The notes beneath the pieces were generated by a model. It did no database searches, had not been told where the DNA came from, and saw only the letters and a program-made list of their open reading frames with translations. 64,000 nt of DNA from Candidatus Poribacteria bacterium (GTDB taxonomy: Bacteria > Poribacteria > WGA-4E > WGA-3G). Shown here in pieces: positions 36,730 through 47,313 of the stretch. Both the position numbers and the translations under genes were made by a program. Numbering within the stretch: the first letter of the stretch is position 1; each line of letters begins with the position of its first letter. Where the stretch lies: the NCBI GenBank assembly GCA_965198235.1, contig OZ240248.1, positions 608,001 to 672,000 on the forward strand, in the 5' to 3' direction.

Positions 36730-39174
36730 TTATTCGCCCTTCCGAACGGTAAGACGGTAGTGCTGTCCGACCTTCTTGGTGTCAACAACCTCATGTCCAT
36801 CGTTGGTGAGGCTCTTCGGTACGTTCTCAATCGGTTCGCCATCGTCAATGGTGACTTCGAGAAGTTGACCGAGTTGCATCGTTTCCAGCCGAATCTTTGC
36901 CTGGACATAGTTGAACGGGCAAGCGACACCCTTGAGGTCGAGGCTATCCACGATTTCCTCAACGGGTTTCTTCTTCTTGACAACCCTCGGCTTCCGTGCC
37001 GGTCGCGAGCGACGTGCTTTGAGACGGCTCTCTTCCTCTTCCTCCTGTTTGATGCGCATGCGTCCATAGACGTTATGCGATTCTTCAACGAAGAGTGTAG
37101 CTTCTTCAACCCGACGGTGTGCCAATTCGTGATCAAACGTAGAAGCATCCTCCTCTGTTACTTTGAAGATGTGCGCACCGTAACCGGGGAAGAAGTTACC
37201 GGGTTCAAAGAAATGGGTGCGGAATTCGTTGACGGTGATCGCGTCGTCAATATATTGCAAACCTACCGTTGTCTGAAGTCCGTCTGCGGCTCTGATCATT
37301 GCATCAAAAGCCAACTCCGCGGAATCCTGATATTCACCCCTTTCCAAGTTCAAGCCAGATTCATAGATAAGCCGATCTGCTTCTTCCAACTTCATAGAGA
37401 CGAGTGCTACTACCTCTCCTGCACATTCACCGACACCCGTCTTGAGTTGGTAATCTTTCGTGTCGCCGGTGTCCACATAGAATTCTGGTGCTTCCTCATA
37501 AGATGGAATCTTATCGTACTTGGACAAGATCTGCTTGATCTCCGCCTTACCGAGCCGTGCGACATAATCAGTGAAGGATTCTTCCTCATTTCGTTCCGCC
37601 GTGTACTTACCGGTTAATTCCTCAATGAACGTCGGAATATATTTGCCGTGAATTTTTCCAGTGGCAAGTCCGTAAGAATTGGCGTTTTCCACCATGTGTC
37701 CACCGAGTAGCACCTGATAATAAGGAGCAATATGCTCACCCATCCGGCGCGAGGAACCGAAGAAACCAATATTCGCGACATGATGCTGTCCACATGAGTT
37801 GGGGCATCCGCTAATCTTAATCCGAAAGTCTTTGATTTCATTCTGCACACCGGTTTCAATGAAATGGTTTCGCAGGTGCGCTGCCAGACCACGTGAAGAA
37901 GAAATACCGAGTTTGCAGGAGTCAGTACCAGGGCAAGCGGTAATATCAACCATAGATTCTGCCCCCGGGTCACCGAGACCAACCGCTTTCAATTCGCGAT
38001 AGAGTGCTGGCAGATCTGTCATCGTTACCCAGCGGAGAACGATGTTCTGCTCGACTGTGGCGCGGATGGTGTCTTTAACGTATTTCCGGGAAATGTCTGC
38101 CAAAGCACGCGTCTGATCTGCGGTAATATCCCCAAGAGGTAGCGTAATCGTCACAAAAGCGTAGCCGGGCTGACTCTGTAACCGCACATTAGATTGATAC
38201 CACTCTTCAAACGCTTCGGGTTTCGTGGTGCCGTTGAGCTGCGTCGGTGCCTTGAGAGGACTTTCGTTGTAAGCGTCGAGATTGTCCAGATAGTCCGTCC
38301 ATACGGGGTCATGCCGTAGCGTTTTTCGATCTTCAAGGACCTGTCTACGGAATTCCTCAATGCCATATTTCGCTATGACAAACTTTAAACGAGCCTTATT
38401 CCGATTTCTGCGTTCACCTAAACGGGTGAAGACTCTGCAAATTGATTGTGAAATCGGCAGGAGTTCTTCTGCGGCGACAAAATCATCAAACACTTTCGCC
38501 TGATGTGGTACTGCGCCGAGTCCGCCACCGACATAAAGTTTAAAACCGCGTTTGACTTCCCCGTCCACCTCTTTAACAGCGGCAACCGCACCGATGTCGT
38601 GCATATTTGCTAAACCGCACGCATGCTCTTCACATCCAGAAAATGCGATTTTGAACTTACGACCAAAGTCCTGCGCGTCTGGGTGCCCTAAAAGAAATGC
38701 AGACAACGCCTTTGAATAAGGTGTTACATCAAACGTTTCATCTTGGCACACACCGCTGAGAGGGCATGCTGTGACGTTTCGCACGACATTCCCGCACGCT
38801 TCTTTTGTCGTAATGTCAACACTGGCGAGGCGGCGCATCAACTCAGGGGTGTTGTTGATGTCTACGTAGTGGTATTGTACATCTTGACGTGTTGTAATGT
38901 GAATGATGTTGTCCGAGAATTCTTCAGCTACATCTGCTAACATTTCAAGTTGTACTGCTGTGAGTCCGCCAAATGGGATTTTAACACGGATCATCTGCGA
39001 TCTATCATCGCGCTGCCCGTAAACCCCGTGACGGAGTCTAAATTCGGTAAACAGAGTCTCTTCAACTTGGCCAGCTTGGACCCGACCAAGTTGTATCTCA
39101 TAAATTTCAATTTCGCGGGCAACATCAGCAGGGATAGCCGATGTATCATAGGGATCCGCGTATTCAATAGCCAT
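36730..39174 (-). CDS. Ferredoxin-type nitrite/sulfite reductase fused to a HEPN-like domain and a C-terminal TusA domain
   Basis: RL..GVYGQR, TTRQD, RKFK.AFSGC, siroheme/4Fe-4S CPGTDSC...SGCPNSC; C-terminal LDLKGVACPFNYV (TusA). Confidence 0.88.
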   Translation of the reverse strand: MAIEYADPYDTSAIPADVAREIEIYEIQLGRVQAGQVEETLFTEFRLRHGVYGQRDDRSQMIRVKIPFGGLTAVQLEMLADVAEEFSDNIIHITTRQDVQYHYVDINNTPELMRRLASVDITTKEACGNVVRNVTACPLSGVCQDETFDVTPYSKALSAFLLGHPDAQDFGRKFKIAFSGCEEHACGLANMHDIGAVAAVKEVDGEVKRGFKLYVGGGLGAVPHQAKVFDDFVAAEELLPISQSICRVFTRLGERRNRNKARLKFVIAKYGIEEFRRQVLEDRKTLRHDPVWTDYLDNLDAYNESPLKAPTQLNGTTKPEAFEEWYQSNVRLQSQPGYAFVTITLPLGDITADQTRALADISRKYVKDTIRATVEQNIVLRWVTMTDLPALYRELKAVGLGDPGAESMVDITACPGTDSCKLGISSSRGLAAHLRNHFIETGVQNEIKDFRIKISGCPNSCGQHHVANIGFFGSSRRMGEHIAPYYQVLLGGHMVENANSYGLATGKIHGKYIPTFIEELTGKYTAERNEEESFTDYVARLGKAEIKQILSKYDKIPSYEEAPEFYVDTGDTKDYQLKTGVGECAGEVVALVSMKLEEADRLIYESGLNLERGEYQDSAELAFDAMIRAADGLQTTVGLQYIDDAITVNEFRTHFFEPGNFFPGYGAHIFKVTEEDASTFDHELAHRRVEEATLFVEESHNVYGRMRIKQEEEEESRLKARRSRPARKPRVVKKKKPVEEIVDSLDLKGVACPFNYVQAKIRLETMQLGQLLEVTIDDGEPIENVPKSLTNDGHEVVDTKKVGQHYRLTVRKGE

Positions 39175-39351
39175 TCTGTCCTCCCTTAATTAACCTCGGA
39201 TTCGTAGTGGGCGTTGATTGATGTCCGATTGCTTTCTATTTACCTTAGCCGAAGTTTGTGTGCTGATTTGCATGGTATCCAGCCATTAGAAATCCTTTAA
39301 ATAGTATAGTATACTATAAATTGGAATAAAAATCAAGGATAATCTTCTGTT

Positions 39352-40446
39352 TTAAGTTTCCGGTGCATCTCCCCAATCCGGAATTGGGAGTAATTCGCCA
39401 TCCCGTAAAGCAGATTCATGTGCGACAAATCCGGGTGCGCAGTACCGAACTGCTTCCCAAACGTTGACGCGTGGCAATCGTTGGCGATTGACGGAATCCA
39501 CGAATTCGTGTACGAGATAGGCGTGTGAACCCCCATGTCCGCCGAGATCCGCTGCGAGTGCTTCCGGAAGATCTTCGTGAGACATTGAAGGTTCAACGAT
39601 TTCCCTCCCACGTTTGTCTGCCCAAACACTCCCTGCCAGACTCTGCTCGTAACTACCCTCTGTTCCGTAAATACCACTGATACGTTCAGATCCGGGGTGT
39701 CCAACCCGTCGGAACTCGCAGATTTGCATTGTTGCACCGTTGCTCATTGTGAAAAGCCCAACTTCGTTGGAGAATGGATTCTTGTGAATGGTATCCTTCC
39801 GAAACCAATCGTCGTTTGGATAGATGTACCCTTGTGCAGAGACCGACGTTGCGTGCGCCTTCATCACGGAGATAGGAAAGCAGGTTGAATGCGTCGGATA
39901 ATACATCGGAATATTACCACTCTTGTCGCGCCCCCAGAGCGCACCCCACCGATTTTTCGCGACATCGTAGAGTCCGTGACTCATGTCGTGAAAGTATTCA
40001 GCGCGGCAGTGAACAAACTCCCCGAACGCCTCTTCTGCTGCTTTCTGACGACAGAAGACGGTCTCCGGACGGAAATAACTCGTTTCACCATTCATGTAAA
40101 TCATTCCGGTTCGTTCAACTGTTCTGATAAGGGCTTCGCATTCATCCAGCGATGCCGTGGCAGGGACAGCGGTATAGACGTGTTTACCTGCTTCCATCGC
40201 TTGAATTGCCTGCGGTGCGTGCATCCAATGCTGGGTGATGATCACAAGGGCATCTAAATCCGATTTGCAGATGTCGTCAAGACTTGAGTAGGTCTCAGAA
40301 ACCCCAAACTGCTTTGCCCATTTTGTCAACCGGTCTTCGCGCAAATCACAGAGAGCAAGCCGATGTACATCTGGATGCGACTTATACGATTGGATAAACG
40401 CCGGTCCGAACATTCCCAAACCTACCATCCCGACACTGATACTCAT
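39352..40446 (-). CDS. Gfo/Idh/MocA family oxidoreductase
   Basis: VGLGMFG, H...AIQAMEAGKHV, YPTHS. Confidence 0.85.
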   Translation of the reverse strand: MSISVGMVGLGMFGPAFIQSYKSHPDVHRLALCDLREDRLTKWAKQFGVSETYSSLDDICKSDLDALVIITQHWMHAPQAIQAMEAGKHVYTAVPATASLDECEALIRTVERTGMIYMNGETSYFRPETVFCRQKAAEEAFGEFVHCRAEYFHDMSHGLYDVAKNRWGALWGRDKSGNIPMYYPTHSTCFPISVMKAHATSVSAQGYIYPNDDWFRKDTIHKNPFSNEVGLFTMSNGATMQICEFRRVGHPGSERISGIYGTEGSYEQSLAGSVWADKRGREIVEPSMSHEDLPEALAADLGGHGGSHAYLVHEFVDSVNRQRLPRVNVWEAVRYCAPGFVAHESALRDGELLPIPDWGDAPET

Positions 40447-40562
40447 CTGTCACTCCTCCTTCACGCTTACAAGGCGTGCCTGCGGGGATTGAGGTGTAAA
40501 TTCTGTTATGAAACGATAGCATGTATAGGAATTGCTGTCAAGTATATTTTTGAAGATATTTG

Positions 40563-40590
40563 TTGACAAAACCGCGAACAGCCTTATAAT
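40563..40590 (+). promoter_or_regulatory. Putative sigma70 promoter
   Basis: TTGACA-N16-TATAAT. Confidence 0.55.
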
Positions 40591-40694
40591 AAATGCAAAG
40601 TCACTGTAGGGTGTTACGAGCAAGCGCAAATTTAAACTGCAAGTTTTCCCTATAGGCGAAATCAAACTTCACCTTTGGAAGGAATTCACAACAA

Positions 40695-41774
40695 ATGGCA
40701 TTAAAAGTTGGCGTTGTCGGCATGAGTGGGATTGGCAATAATCATGCGAACTGTCACGCGAATGACGACTTAGCGGAACTGGTTGCGGTGTGCGATATCG
40801 TAAAAGAACGCGCAGACAGCGCAGCAGAACGTCTCGGTGTAAAGGCATACTACAGCGTAGCTGATATGATTGATGGCGAACCCGACTTGGACATCGTTGA
40901 TGTCGGCACCGGTGGAAATGAGAACGGGAGTTGGCACTATGAACCGACGATGGAGGCGTTGGAAAAGGGCAAACATGTACTCGTTGAGAAACCGATTTCA
41001 AACGATATCGGACAGGCTCGGGAGATGGTAGCGAAAGCGACGGAAGAGGACCTGTATCTCGGTTGTAATCTGAATCACTATTTTACGCCGCCTGCGGAGC
41101 AAGCGAAGCAATACATTGACGATGGACACATCGGGGAGATGGTTTACTGTCTTCACAAAATGGGGTTTGCTGGTGGTGAATTCAACTATAGTTACTCAAA
41201 AGCTCCTCGGTCAGATGGATTCCCCTATTTTCATGTGAAAGCCTTCTTGTCCCACCCCTTCAGTGTGATGCGTCATTTCTGTGGCGATGTAACACACGTT
41301 CAAGCCTTTATGGAGCGCCCTCATTTTAGGCGCGACACCGGGGATCTGATGGTCTCCATTAACGGCATCCATCTCCGGTTTGAGAACGGGTGTATCGGTT
41401 ACTTGCTCAGCCAGCGTGGTGATGCTACATTCGGTCTTGGGGGTTGGTGGAGTGTTGAGCTCGCAGGCACACGTGGTACCTTCTGCATTGAAAACTGCAT
41501 CGAGAAGGTGACCTATTGGCCCTCCCCTGGAGCCCCTGATTTCTCTGGTGAGCCTATTGTCACGGAGTCCGGTATCAGCGACTTCGGTCAGACCTTCCCG
41601 CTGAGAATTCATGCGTTCTTAGAAGACATTACGAACGGCGTTCCCAGAGAGCAGTTACGTGCCTCCGGCAGAGATGCACTCGCGGCACTTGAGTATACTT
41701 GGGCGGCGATGGAGTCTTATGAGCAGGGCGGTATCTTGGTGCGTCCACATCCGCTTCCGTCATTAAAGGGATAA
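40695..41774 (+). CDS. Gfo/Idh/MocA family oxidoreductase
   Basis: VGVVGMSGIG, GKHVLVEKP. Confidence 0.88.
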   Translation: MALKVGVVGMSGIGNNHANCHANDDLAELVAVCDIVKERADSAAERLGVKAYYSVADMIDGEPDLDIVDVGTGGNENGSWHYEPTMEALEKGKHVLVEKPISNDIGQAREMVAKATEEDLYLGCNLNHYFTPPAEQAKQYIDDGHIGEMVYCLHKMGFAGGEFNYSYSKAPRSDGFPYFHVKAFLSHPFSVMRHFCGDVTHVQAFMERPHFRRDTGDLMVSINGIHLRFENGCIGYLLSQRGDATFGLGGWWSVELAGTRGTFCIENCIEKVTYWPSPGAPDFSGEPIVTESGISDFGQTFPLRIHAFLEDITNGVPREQLRASGRDALAALEYTWAAMESYEQGGILVRPHPLPSLKG

Positions 41775-41827
41775 TTGTCGTAAAGTGGGTGGTGCAATAT
41801 CTGCCCCTACAGAAGGAGAAACCACAT

Positions 41828-42625
41828 TTGAAATTAGGAGCAAATTCGGTACTGTTCGGCGGTTACGATATGGAAACCGCCTTCAAACACATCGCGATGG
41901 CTGGTTATGATGGCATTGAACTTTCAGCGATCGACGGGATGAGTCAGCATCTCGTGCTCGCGAACTGGCAGGAGCTTGCTGCCGACATCAAACGGTTCGC
42001 GAAAGAATACGAACTCGACCTATTGGCAATGGAACAACCCTCGCGTGATCCAGAACGAATGGAGCTTGCCTTCCAAGCCGCAGCTGAGATAGGCATCCCC
42101 GTTATTAACTGCGGTCCTGGCGGTGCATCGGACGATGAGTCTGCGTGGCCCGAGGTGATTGATTCATTGGGCAGTCTCTCCGAACGTGCGGAACACTACG
42201 GCGTGACGCTCTGTGTCAAGGCACATGTGGGCGCGAGCATCTATAACACTCCGACGACACTTCGCATCATGGAAGCGATTTCGTCCCCGGCGTTTGGAAT
42301 CGATATGGATCCGTCTCATATTCATCGTGCAGATGAGAATCCTGTGGAGGCGATTGCTGCGGTGATCTCGCGCGTGAAACATGTACATATTCGAGACTGC
42401 AAAGGTACACAACGCGGTCCCGGCGATCCTGAATTGCAGGCAAACGGACGCGGTGACATCGACCTCGTCGGCTACATCCGGGTTTTACATGAAAACGGTT
42501 ATATCGGTCCGTTGAACCTTGAGGTCATCGGTGCGAAAGAGTATAGTTTGGCGCAGTGTTGCACGATCGCGGCAGAATCGCGCGGACACATGCAGGCGTG
42601 TTTGCAAGCATGTGGTGCACGTTGA
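41828..42625 (+). CDS. Sugar phosphate isomerase/epimerase (IolE/xylose isomerase-like TIM barrel)
   Basis: GYDGIEL, DPSH, HVHIRD, G.GDID, LEV; TTG start after RBS AAGGAG. Confidence 0.82.
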   Translation: MKLGANSVLFGGYDMETAFKHIAMAGYDGIELSAIDGMSQHLVLANWQELAADIKRFAKEYELDLLAMEQPSRDPERMELAFQAAAEIGIPVINCGPGGASDDESAWPEVIDSLGSLSERAEHYGVTLCVKAHVGASIYNTPTTLRIMEAISSPAFGIDMDPSHIHRADENPVEAIAAVISRVKHVHIRDCKGTQRGPGDPELQANGRGDIDLVGYIRVLHENGYIGPLNLEVIGAKEYSLAQCCTIAAESRGHMQACLQACGAR

Positions 42626-42802
42626 TTCCTGAATACAGTAGGCGGGACATATAGCCTGCCTACTTGTGAAATTTTTAAATACATAAGCATGTCTTTTCGA
42701 AGATACCTTACGCCATTTAAAGTAGAAGGACTGAGGAGAAATGCGATGAAAGATAGGAAGCTATAGTGCATTCGGAGCCGCAATGAGAACCAAATTGTCT
42801 TG

Positions 42803-43597
42803 CTACTGAAGTTGGATTTCCGATAACGGAATCCCGCTGTTAAACATCTGTATTGGCGGAATTTCCTCCTCCACTTCTGTCAATCCGCATAGCCACTGCC
42901 ACGTAAGTTCGCCTCTTCGTCGGTCGCGGTAGGATTCTACCTCGGTGACGTAAGGGTGCCTACCGGCATGCTGATAGGGTGGAAGCTCATCGGAATCCCG
43001 CACCCAATCCCGTTTGGGCATTGCGGTACGGAAGTAGGAAAACTTAATCATCCCACGTCTATCGTCATTGAGTTTTGGACCAGCCTTATGCCAGATGCCG
43101 TAGCGTGTCATTGCGACGGTGCCTGCTGGAACGGTGAGCGAGAGTTGCCCGAGAATATCGCCGTAGTGAGCGATAGCCTCGCGATCCACAAGCCGATGGT
43201 GCGATCCGGGCAATATCATCGTCGGTCCATCCTCAATCTTCACCTCTTTCGGGTAGTAGTAGCACTGAAGATGCGTGATACCGTATCCGTATTCCGTGAT
43301 TCCATCGGAGTGCCATGTCTGACCGAGGTGCGCAGCTTCAAAGAGATGATGGTGTGCACTTGTCGGGACGAGGAAATTCTCGCCTAATAGTGAACAGACT
43401 ACACCAGCGACTTCCGGGTGTAATAGGACATTCCGGCGAAACTTATCTGTAAGAACGAAATCGCTGAGATGTCCGCTCTCCATCGATTCACATTCTCGGT
43501 TAAAGTCGGCATCGATGATGCTTTCTAATGTGATATAACCGTTGTGGATAAATTGCATGACTTGGTGGTCATTTAACGTAGGTTTAACGTCAATCAT
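42803..43597 (-). CDS. Phytanoyl-CoA dioxygenase (PhyH) family protein
   Basis: WHSD, GPTMILPGSH, WH facial-triad pattern. Confidence 0.82.
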   Translation of the reverse strand: MIDVKPTLNDHQVMQFIHNGYITLESIIDADFNRECESMESGHLSDFVLTDKFRRNVLLHPEVAGVVCSLLGENFLVPTSAHHHLFEAAHLGQTWHSDGITEYGYGITHLQCYYYPKEVKIEDGPTMILPGSHHRLVDREAIAHYGDILGQLSLTVPAGTVAMTRYGIWHKAGPKLNDDRRGMIKFSYFRTAMPKRDWVRDSDELPPYQHAGRHPYVTEVESYRDRRRGELTWQWLCGLTEVEEEIPPIQMFNSGIPLSEIQLQ

Positions 43598-43608
43598 TGC
43601 GTTTTCCT

Positions 43609-43968
43609 TTACACGGATTTTTCTAAAATGAACTCAAAAGCGAGATAGGCGTTGTCGACATCCGAAAAATTGTAGAGTTCAGGACGCGGAAATTGGACGA
43701 TCCACCACCCATCGCGAACTGCGTCAAGCACTGATGTATAAGGGACATCTTGCGAGGGAAGGATCGGTTCCTCCGGTGCGGTTGCGTCGTACAATGCCCA
43801 TCCGCCAATCGGTGAGCGCAAATTCGTTGATTTAGAATAGAGATAAAGGATCAGTTGCTTCTTGGAATTCAGAACGGCAGTTACACCGCGCAGGTCAGTC
43901 TCGGTCAACTTGCCTGCCTTAAGTTTTTCGATACAATTGTCGAGCCATTCTTTTATCGTTGGTTTCAC
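43609..43968 (-). CDS. Hypothetical protein
   Basis: GTG start after GAAGGGAG; PY.SVL.AV.DGW..VQFP motif; likely co-transcribed with the PhyH gene. Confidence 0.6.
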   Translation of the reverse strand: MKPTIKEWLDNCIEKLKAGKLTETDLRGVTAVLNSKKQLILYLYSKSTNLRSPIGGWALYDATAPEEPILPSQDVPYTSVLDAVRDGWWIVQFPRPELYNFSDVDNAYLAFEFILEKSV

Positions 43969-44219
43969 ACGAATTTCTCCCTTCATTACGGTTATTATCA
44001 TTGTAGCACAAAAGTGAAAAATATGTTATAATAGTTGGAAAATTGATGACTGCAGGCTTTAGTAATGGATTTGAGCAATTTTATAAGCCAGGAACGAATG
44101 GCGAAATTACCCTGCAACAAGTGTTCCACGTTCCTGATTCTTGTTGGACCTTTCAAGAGAGGTCCGATGCTCTAAAAATCGTCCAGTGTTTAATAAAATA
44201 TAAGTGGAGAGGCTGAACT

Positions 44220-45533
44220 GTGGCTAAGAACCGTCCAAATAAACGAAAGAAACGCCTGAAGAAGTCTCCAGAATTCCATAATACAATGGGACTTGCAAAA
44301 GCTTCGAGAGGTCAATACTTGGAAGCAATAGCAGACTATAGCAAGGCGCTCCGTCTCAAGCCGGATTATGTTGAAGCCTACTATAATCGTGGGCTCTCAA
44401 ATATTGAGTTAGAGGAATATGAGGCGGCTGTCAAAGACTTCGATCGAGTCATTAGGTTCAATGCGAAAGATGCTGATGCCTATATCAAACGAGGATTTTC
44501 ACTCATGATGAGTGGCGATGACACTGCCGCTATCGCGGATTGTGATATCGCTATTCACCTGAAACCGGATTCGGCAGAAGCCTACAGTATCCGAGGACTT
44601 GCGAAAGATGAATTGGAACAATATGATGCCGCTATCGCGGATTTTGACGAAGCGATTCGACTCCGGCCGGACCTTGATAAGCTATATTACAATCGAGGAT
44701 TTACAAAGCACCAGATAGGCGACTATGAAGCCGCCATTGCCGATTATAATGAAACGCTCCGCCTAAATCCCACCAATATTGATGCCTATCACAGCCGTGA
44801 ATTTGCAACGAATGAGCTAGAAGACGGGGATCCATTAGGCCCAGATTTAGACTTCCTGAATCTGCTATTGCCTGATGATACTCCAATTTATCTTGAAGAC
44901 TTTGATGAAGAAACTATAGAGGAATATAAGGCAGACGTTGCAGCCGCTACTGAAGCGATACGTTTAAATCCTGAAGACACCGAAGCGTACTACGACCGAG
45001 GGATCGCGCAAGGCTATCTCACTAATTTTGAGGAGGCCATCAGCGACTTTGATGAAGTCATACGGCGAAAACCAGAATGCGCCGAGGCTTATATCGAAAG
45101 AGCATTCATAAAGAATAAACTTGAACAACTCGATGCCGCTATTGCAGACTACGACAAAGCAATACAATTTAAACCGGACTATGCTGAGGCATACTATAAC
45201 CGAGGGCTTGCGAAAGATGGCTTGGAACAACATGATGCCGCTATCGCGGATTTTGACGAAGTGATCCGACTTGATCCAGATTCCGCACTAGCCTACTTTA
45301 CTCGGGGAATGCTGGTTGCCGCGCATGCCGGAGACCCCAGTGAGGAGAACCTCTCACAATACGATACTGCGCTCTCAGATTATGATGAAGCGATTCGACT
45401 CCAACCCGATTTCATACTCGCTTACCTCGCTCGGGGTATGACGAATGCTATGCTTGGGAAGGAGGATGCCGCCAAATTAGACTATGAGAAGGCTCGCCAA
45501 CTTGAAGCGAGTCTGATAGAAATAGAAGAATAA
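44220..45533 (+). CDS. TPR repeat protein
   Basis: About ten 34-aa repeats of the type AY.NRG......Y.AAIAD.D.AIRL.P. Confidence 0.9.
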   Translation: MAKNRPNKRKKRLKKSPEFHNTMGLAKASRGQYLEAIADYSKALRLKPDYVEAYYNRGLSNIELEEYEAAVKDFDRVIRFNAKDADAYIKRGFSLMMSGDDTAAIADCDIAIHLKPDSAEAYSIRGLAKDELEQYDAAIADFDEAIRLRPDLDKLYYNRGFTKHQIGDYEAAIADYNETLRLNPTNIDAYHSREFATNELEDGDPLGPDLDFLNLLLPDDTPIYLEDFDEETIEEYKADVAAATEAIRLNPEDTEAYYDRGIAQGYLTNFEEAISDFDEVIRRKPECAEAYIERAFIKNKLEQLDAAIADYDKAIQFKPDYAEAYYNRGLAKDGLEQHDAAIADFDEVIRLDPDSALAYFTRGMLVAAHAGDPSEENLSQYDTALSDYDEAIRLQPDFILAYLARGMTNAMLGKEDAAKLDYEKARQLEASLIEIEE

Positions 45534-45615
45534 TCAATACCTGCCAATAGCATCAAGAAGATGCAAAAATTGGATACATGTCCTCGGAAGACTTATAAAC
45601 AGAAAGGGATTTATT

Positions 45616-46455
45616 ATGAGACTGGAAGGAAAAGTTGCAATTGTCGCGGGTGCTGCTTGGGGTGGTATTGGGGCGGCGACTGCTTATAGGTTTGCTTGTG
45701 AAGGTGCGAAAGTGGTTGTTAATACGCGCCGCCGCAAGGAAAAACTTGATGAAACTGTCCACCGCATTCAAGATGCTGGCGGACAAGCAGTCTCCGTCAT
45801 GGGCGATGTCGCCGATGAAAAGACTTGGCAGACACTCGTCGAAACCGCCTTGTCGAACTATGGGAAAATAACAACCCTCGTCCATAACGCTGCACATTCT
45901 TACACCAAAAAAGCAATTGAATTCACGATGGAAGAGTGGAATGAAAGTCTTGGCGTGACGCTCGGCGGACCGTGGCTCGGTGCGAAGTATTGTATTCCCG
46001 AAATGATCCGTAATGGTGGCGGTGCCTTGGTCTTTATCTCCACGGTCAACGCTACAATTACAAATCCAGGATTTGGGCTTTACGGTGCCGGAAAGGGTGG
46101 TTTGAACGCCCTAACGCGAAGCATTGCGCTTGATTACGGCAGGGACAGTATCCGTGCGAACGCTATCGCACCCGGACAGATTGTTGGCGAAAGAGGTGAA
46201 GCCTCTCTCGCTGAGGATGCACTCGAAGAACAAGCCTCTCGTGATTGTTATCCAATTGGGCGCTACGGAAAACCCGAAGACATTGCCAATGCTGCGCTTT
46301 TCTTAGCATCTGATGAGGCGGATTTCGTTACTGGAATTGTTTTGACTGCCGATGGTGGCTTGACGCTTCAGTCGCCAGAGGCACTCGTGCGTCCATCCTT
46401 CCGTCTTCGCTGGAGAGATGATATTCTTGTCCCACAGTCCAAAAAGGATGTGTAG
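45616..46455 (+). CDS. Short-chain dehydrogenase/reductase
   Basis: GAAWGGIG, HNAA, YGAGK, IRANAIAPG. Confidence 0.88.
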   Translation: MRLEGKVAIVAGAAWGGIGAATAYRFACEGAKVVVNTRRRKEKLDETVHRIQDAGGQAVSVMGDVADEKTWQTLVETALSNYGKITTLVHNAAHSYTKKAIEFTMEEWNESLGVTLGGPWLGAKYCIPEMIRNGGGALVFISTVNATITNPGFGLYGAGKGGLNALTRSIALDYGRDSIRANAIAPGQIVGERGEASLAEDALEEQASRDCYPIGRYGKPEDIANAALFLASDEADFVTGIVLTADGGLTLQSPEALVRPSFRLRWRDDILVPQSKKDV

Positions 46456-46532
46456 GGCAAATTCTCGTGTTTACGCCCCTCAATTTTTGTAGAGGCAGGC
46501 ATCCGTGTCTGCTCTGTTTCAGGAGATAGAAA

Positions 46533-47249
46533 ATGTGTGGACGTTTTACCCTCGCAAGCGATGCTGAAGCATTGAAGCAAACTTTCTTCGACTTTGCGGG
46601 ACCAATGAACCTGTCCCGGCGCTACAATATCTCACCGACACAAGACGTGGCTGTTATTGCGAATACGCCGACGGATACGGCGGAACACCCAGAAACTGGA
46701 CAGGTAGAATTCTTTCATTGGGGACTTATTCCATCTTGGGCAAAAGACCCAAAAATCGGAAAGCAAATGATTAATGCGCGTTCGGAAACCCTCTCAGAGA
46801 AACCCTCCTTTCGGAACGCTTACAAACGCAGGCGATGTCTTATTTTGGCAGATGGTTACTACGAATGGAGCAAGATACCCGGGGACAGGCTCAAACAACC
46901 GGTGTACATTCGTCTCAAATCGCAGAAGCCGTTTGCGATCGCAGGGTTATGGGAGATATGGCAGGCAGACGGAATGGATGAACCACTCCGCTCCTGTACT
47001 ATTATTACATGCCCGCCCAATTCCTTATTGGAGGAAATTCATCATAGAATGCCTGTAATTCTACCGCAAAACGCTTATGCGGAGTGGCTTGCACCGAATC
47101 AACAATCGGCAGACATCCTTCAATCGCTTCTTGTTCCCTACCTTGATGAGGAGATGGAAGCATACCCGGTGTCAAAGTTCGTCAATCGTCCCACGAATGA
47201 TTCGCCGGAATGTATCGCGCCCTTTGAAGTTTCACAATTCTTGAACTGA
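46533..47249 (+). CDS. SOS response-associated peptidase (SRAP/YedK)
   Basis: MCGRF, RYNISP, WGLIPSW, INARSET, GYYEW, IHHRMPVIL. Confidence 0.93.
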   Translation: MCGRFTLASDAEALKQTFFDFAGPMNLSRRYNISPTQDVAVIANTPTDTAEHPETGQVEFFHWGLIPSWAKDPKIGKQMINARSETLSEKPSFRNAYKRRRCLILADGYYEWSKIPGDRLKQPVYIRLKSQKPFAIAGLWEIWQADGMDEPLRSCTIITCPPNSLLEEIHHRMPVILPQNAYAEWLAPNQQSADILQSLLVPYLDEEMEAYPVSKFVNRPTNDSPECIAPFEVSQFLN

Positions 47250-47313
47250 ATGCCTATGAAACTGGCAAAACGTCTTTAACGCTTGTACCAAGACAGAAAA
47301 TAGGAAAGGAATT

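Noticed and set aside
36670-37617. 315-aa plus-strand ORF
   Set aside because: It is an antisense shadow of the sulfite reductase gene.
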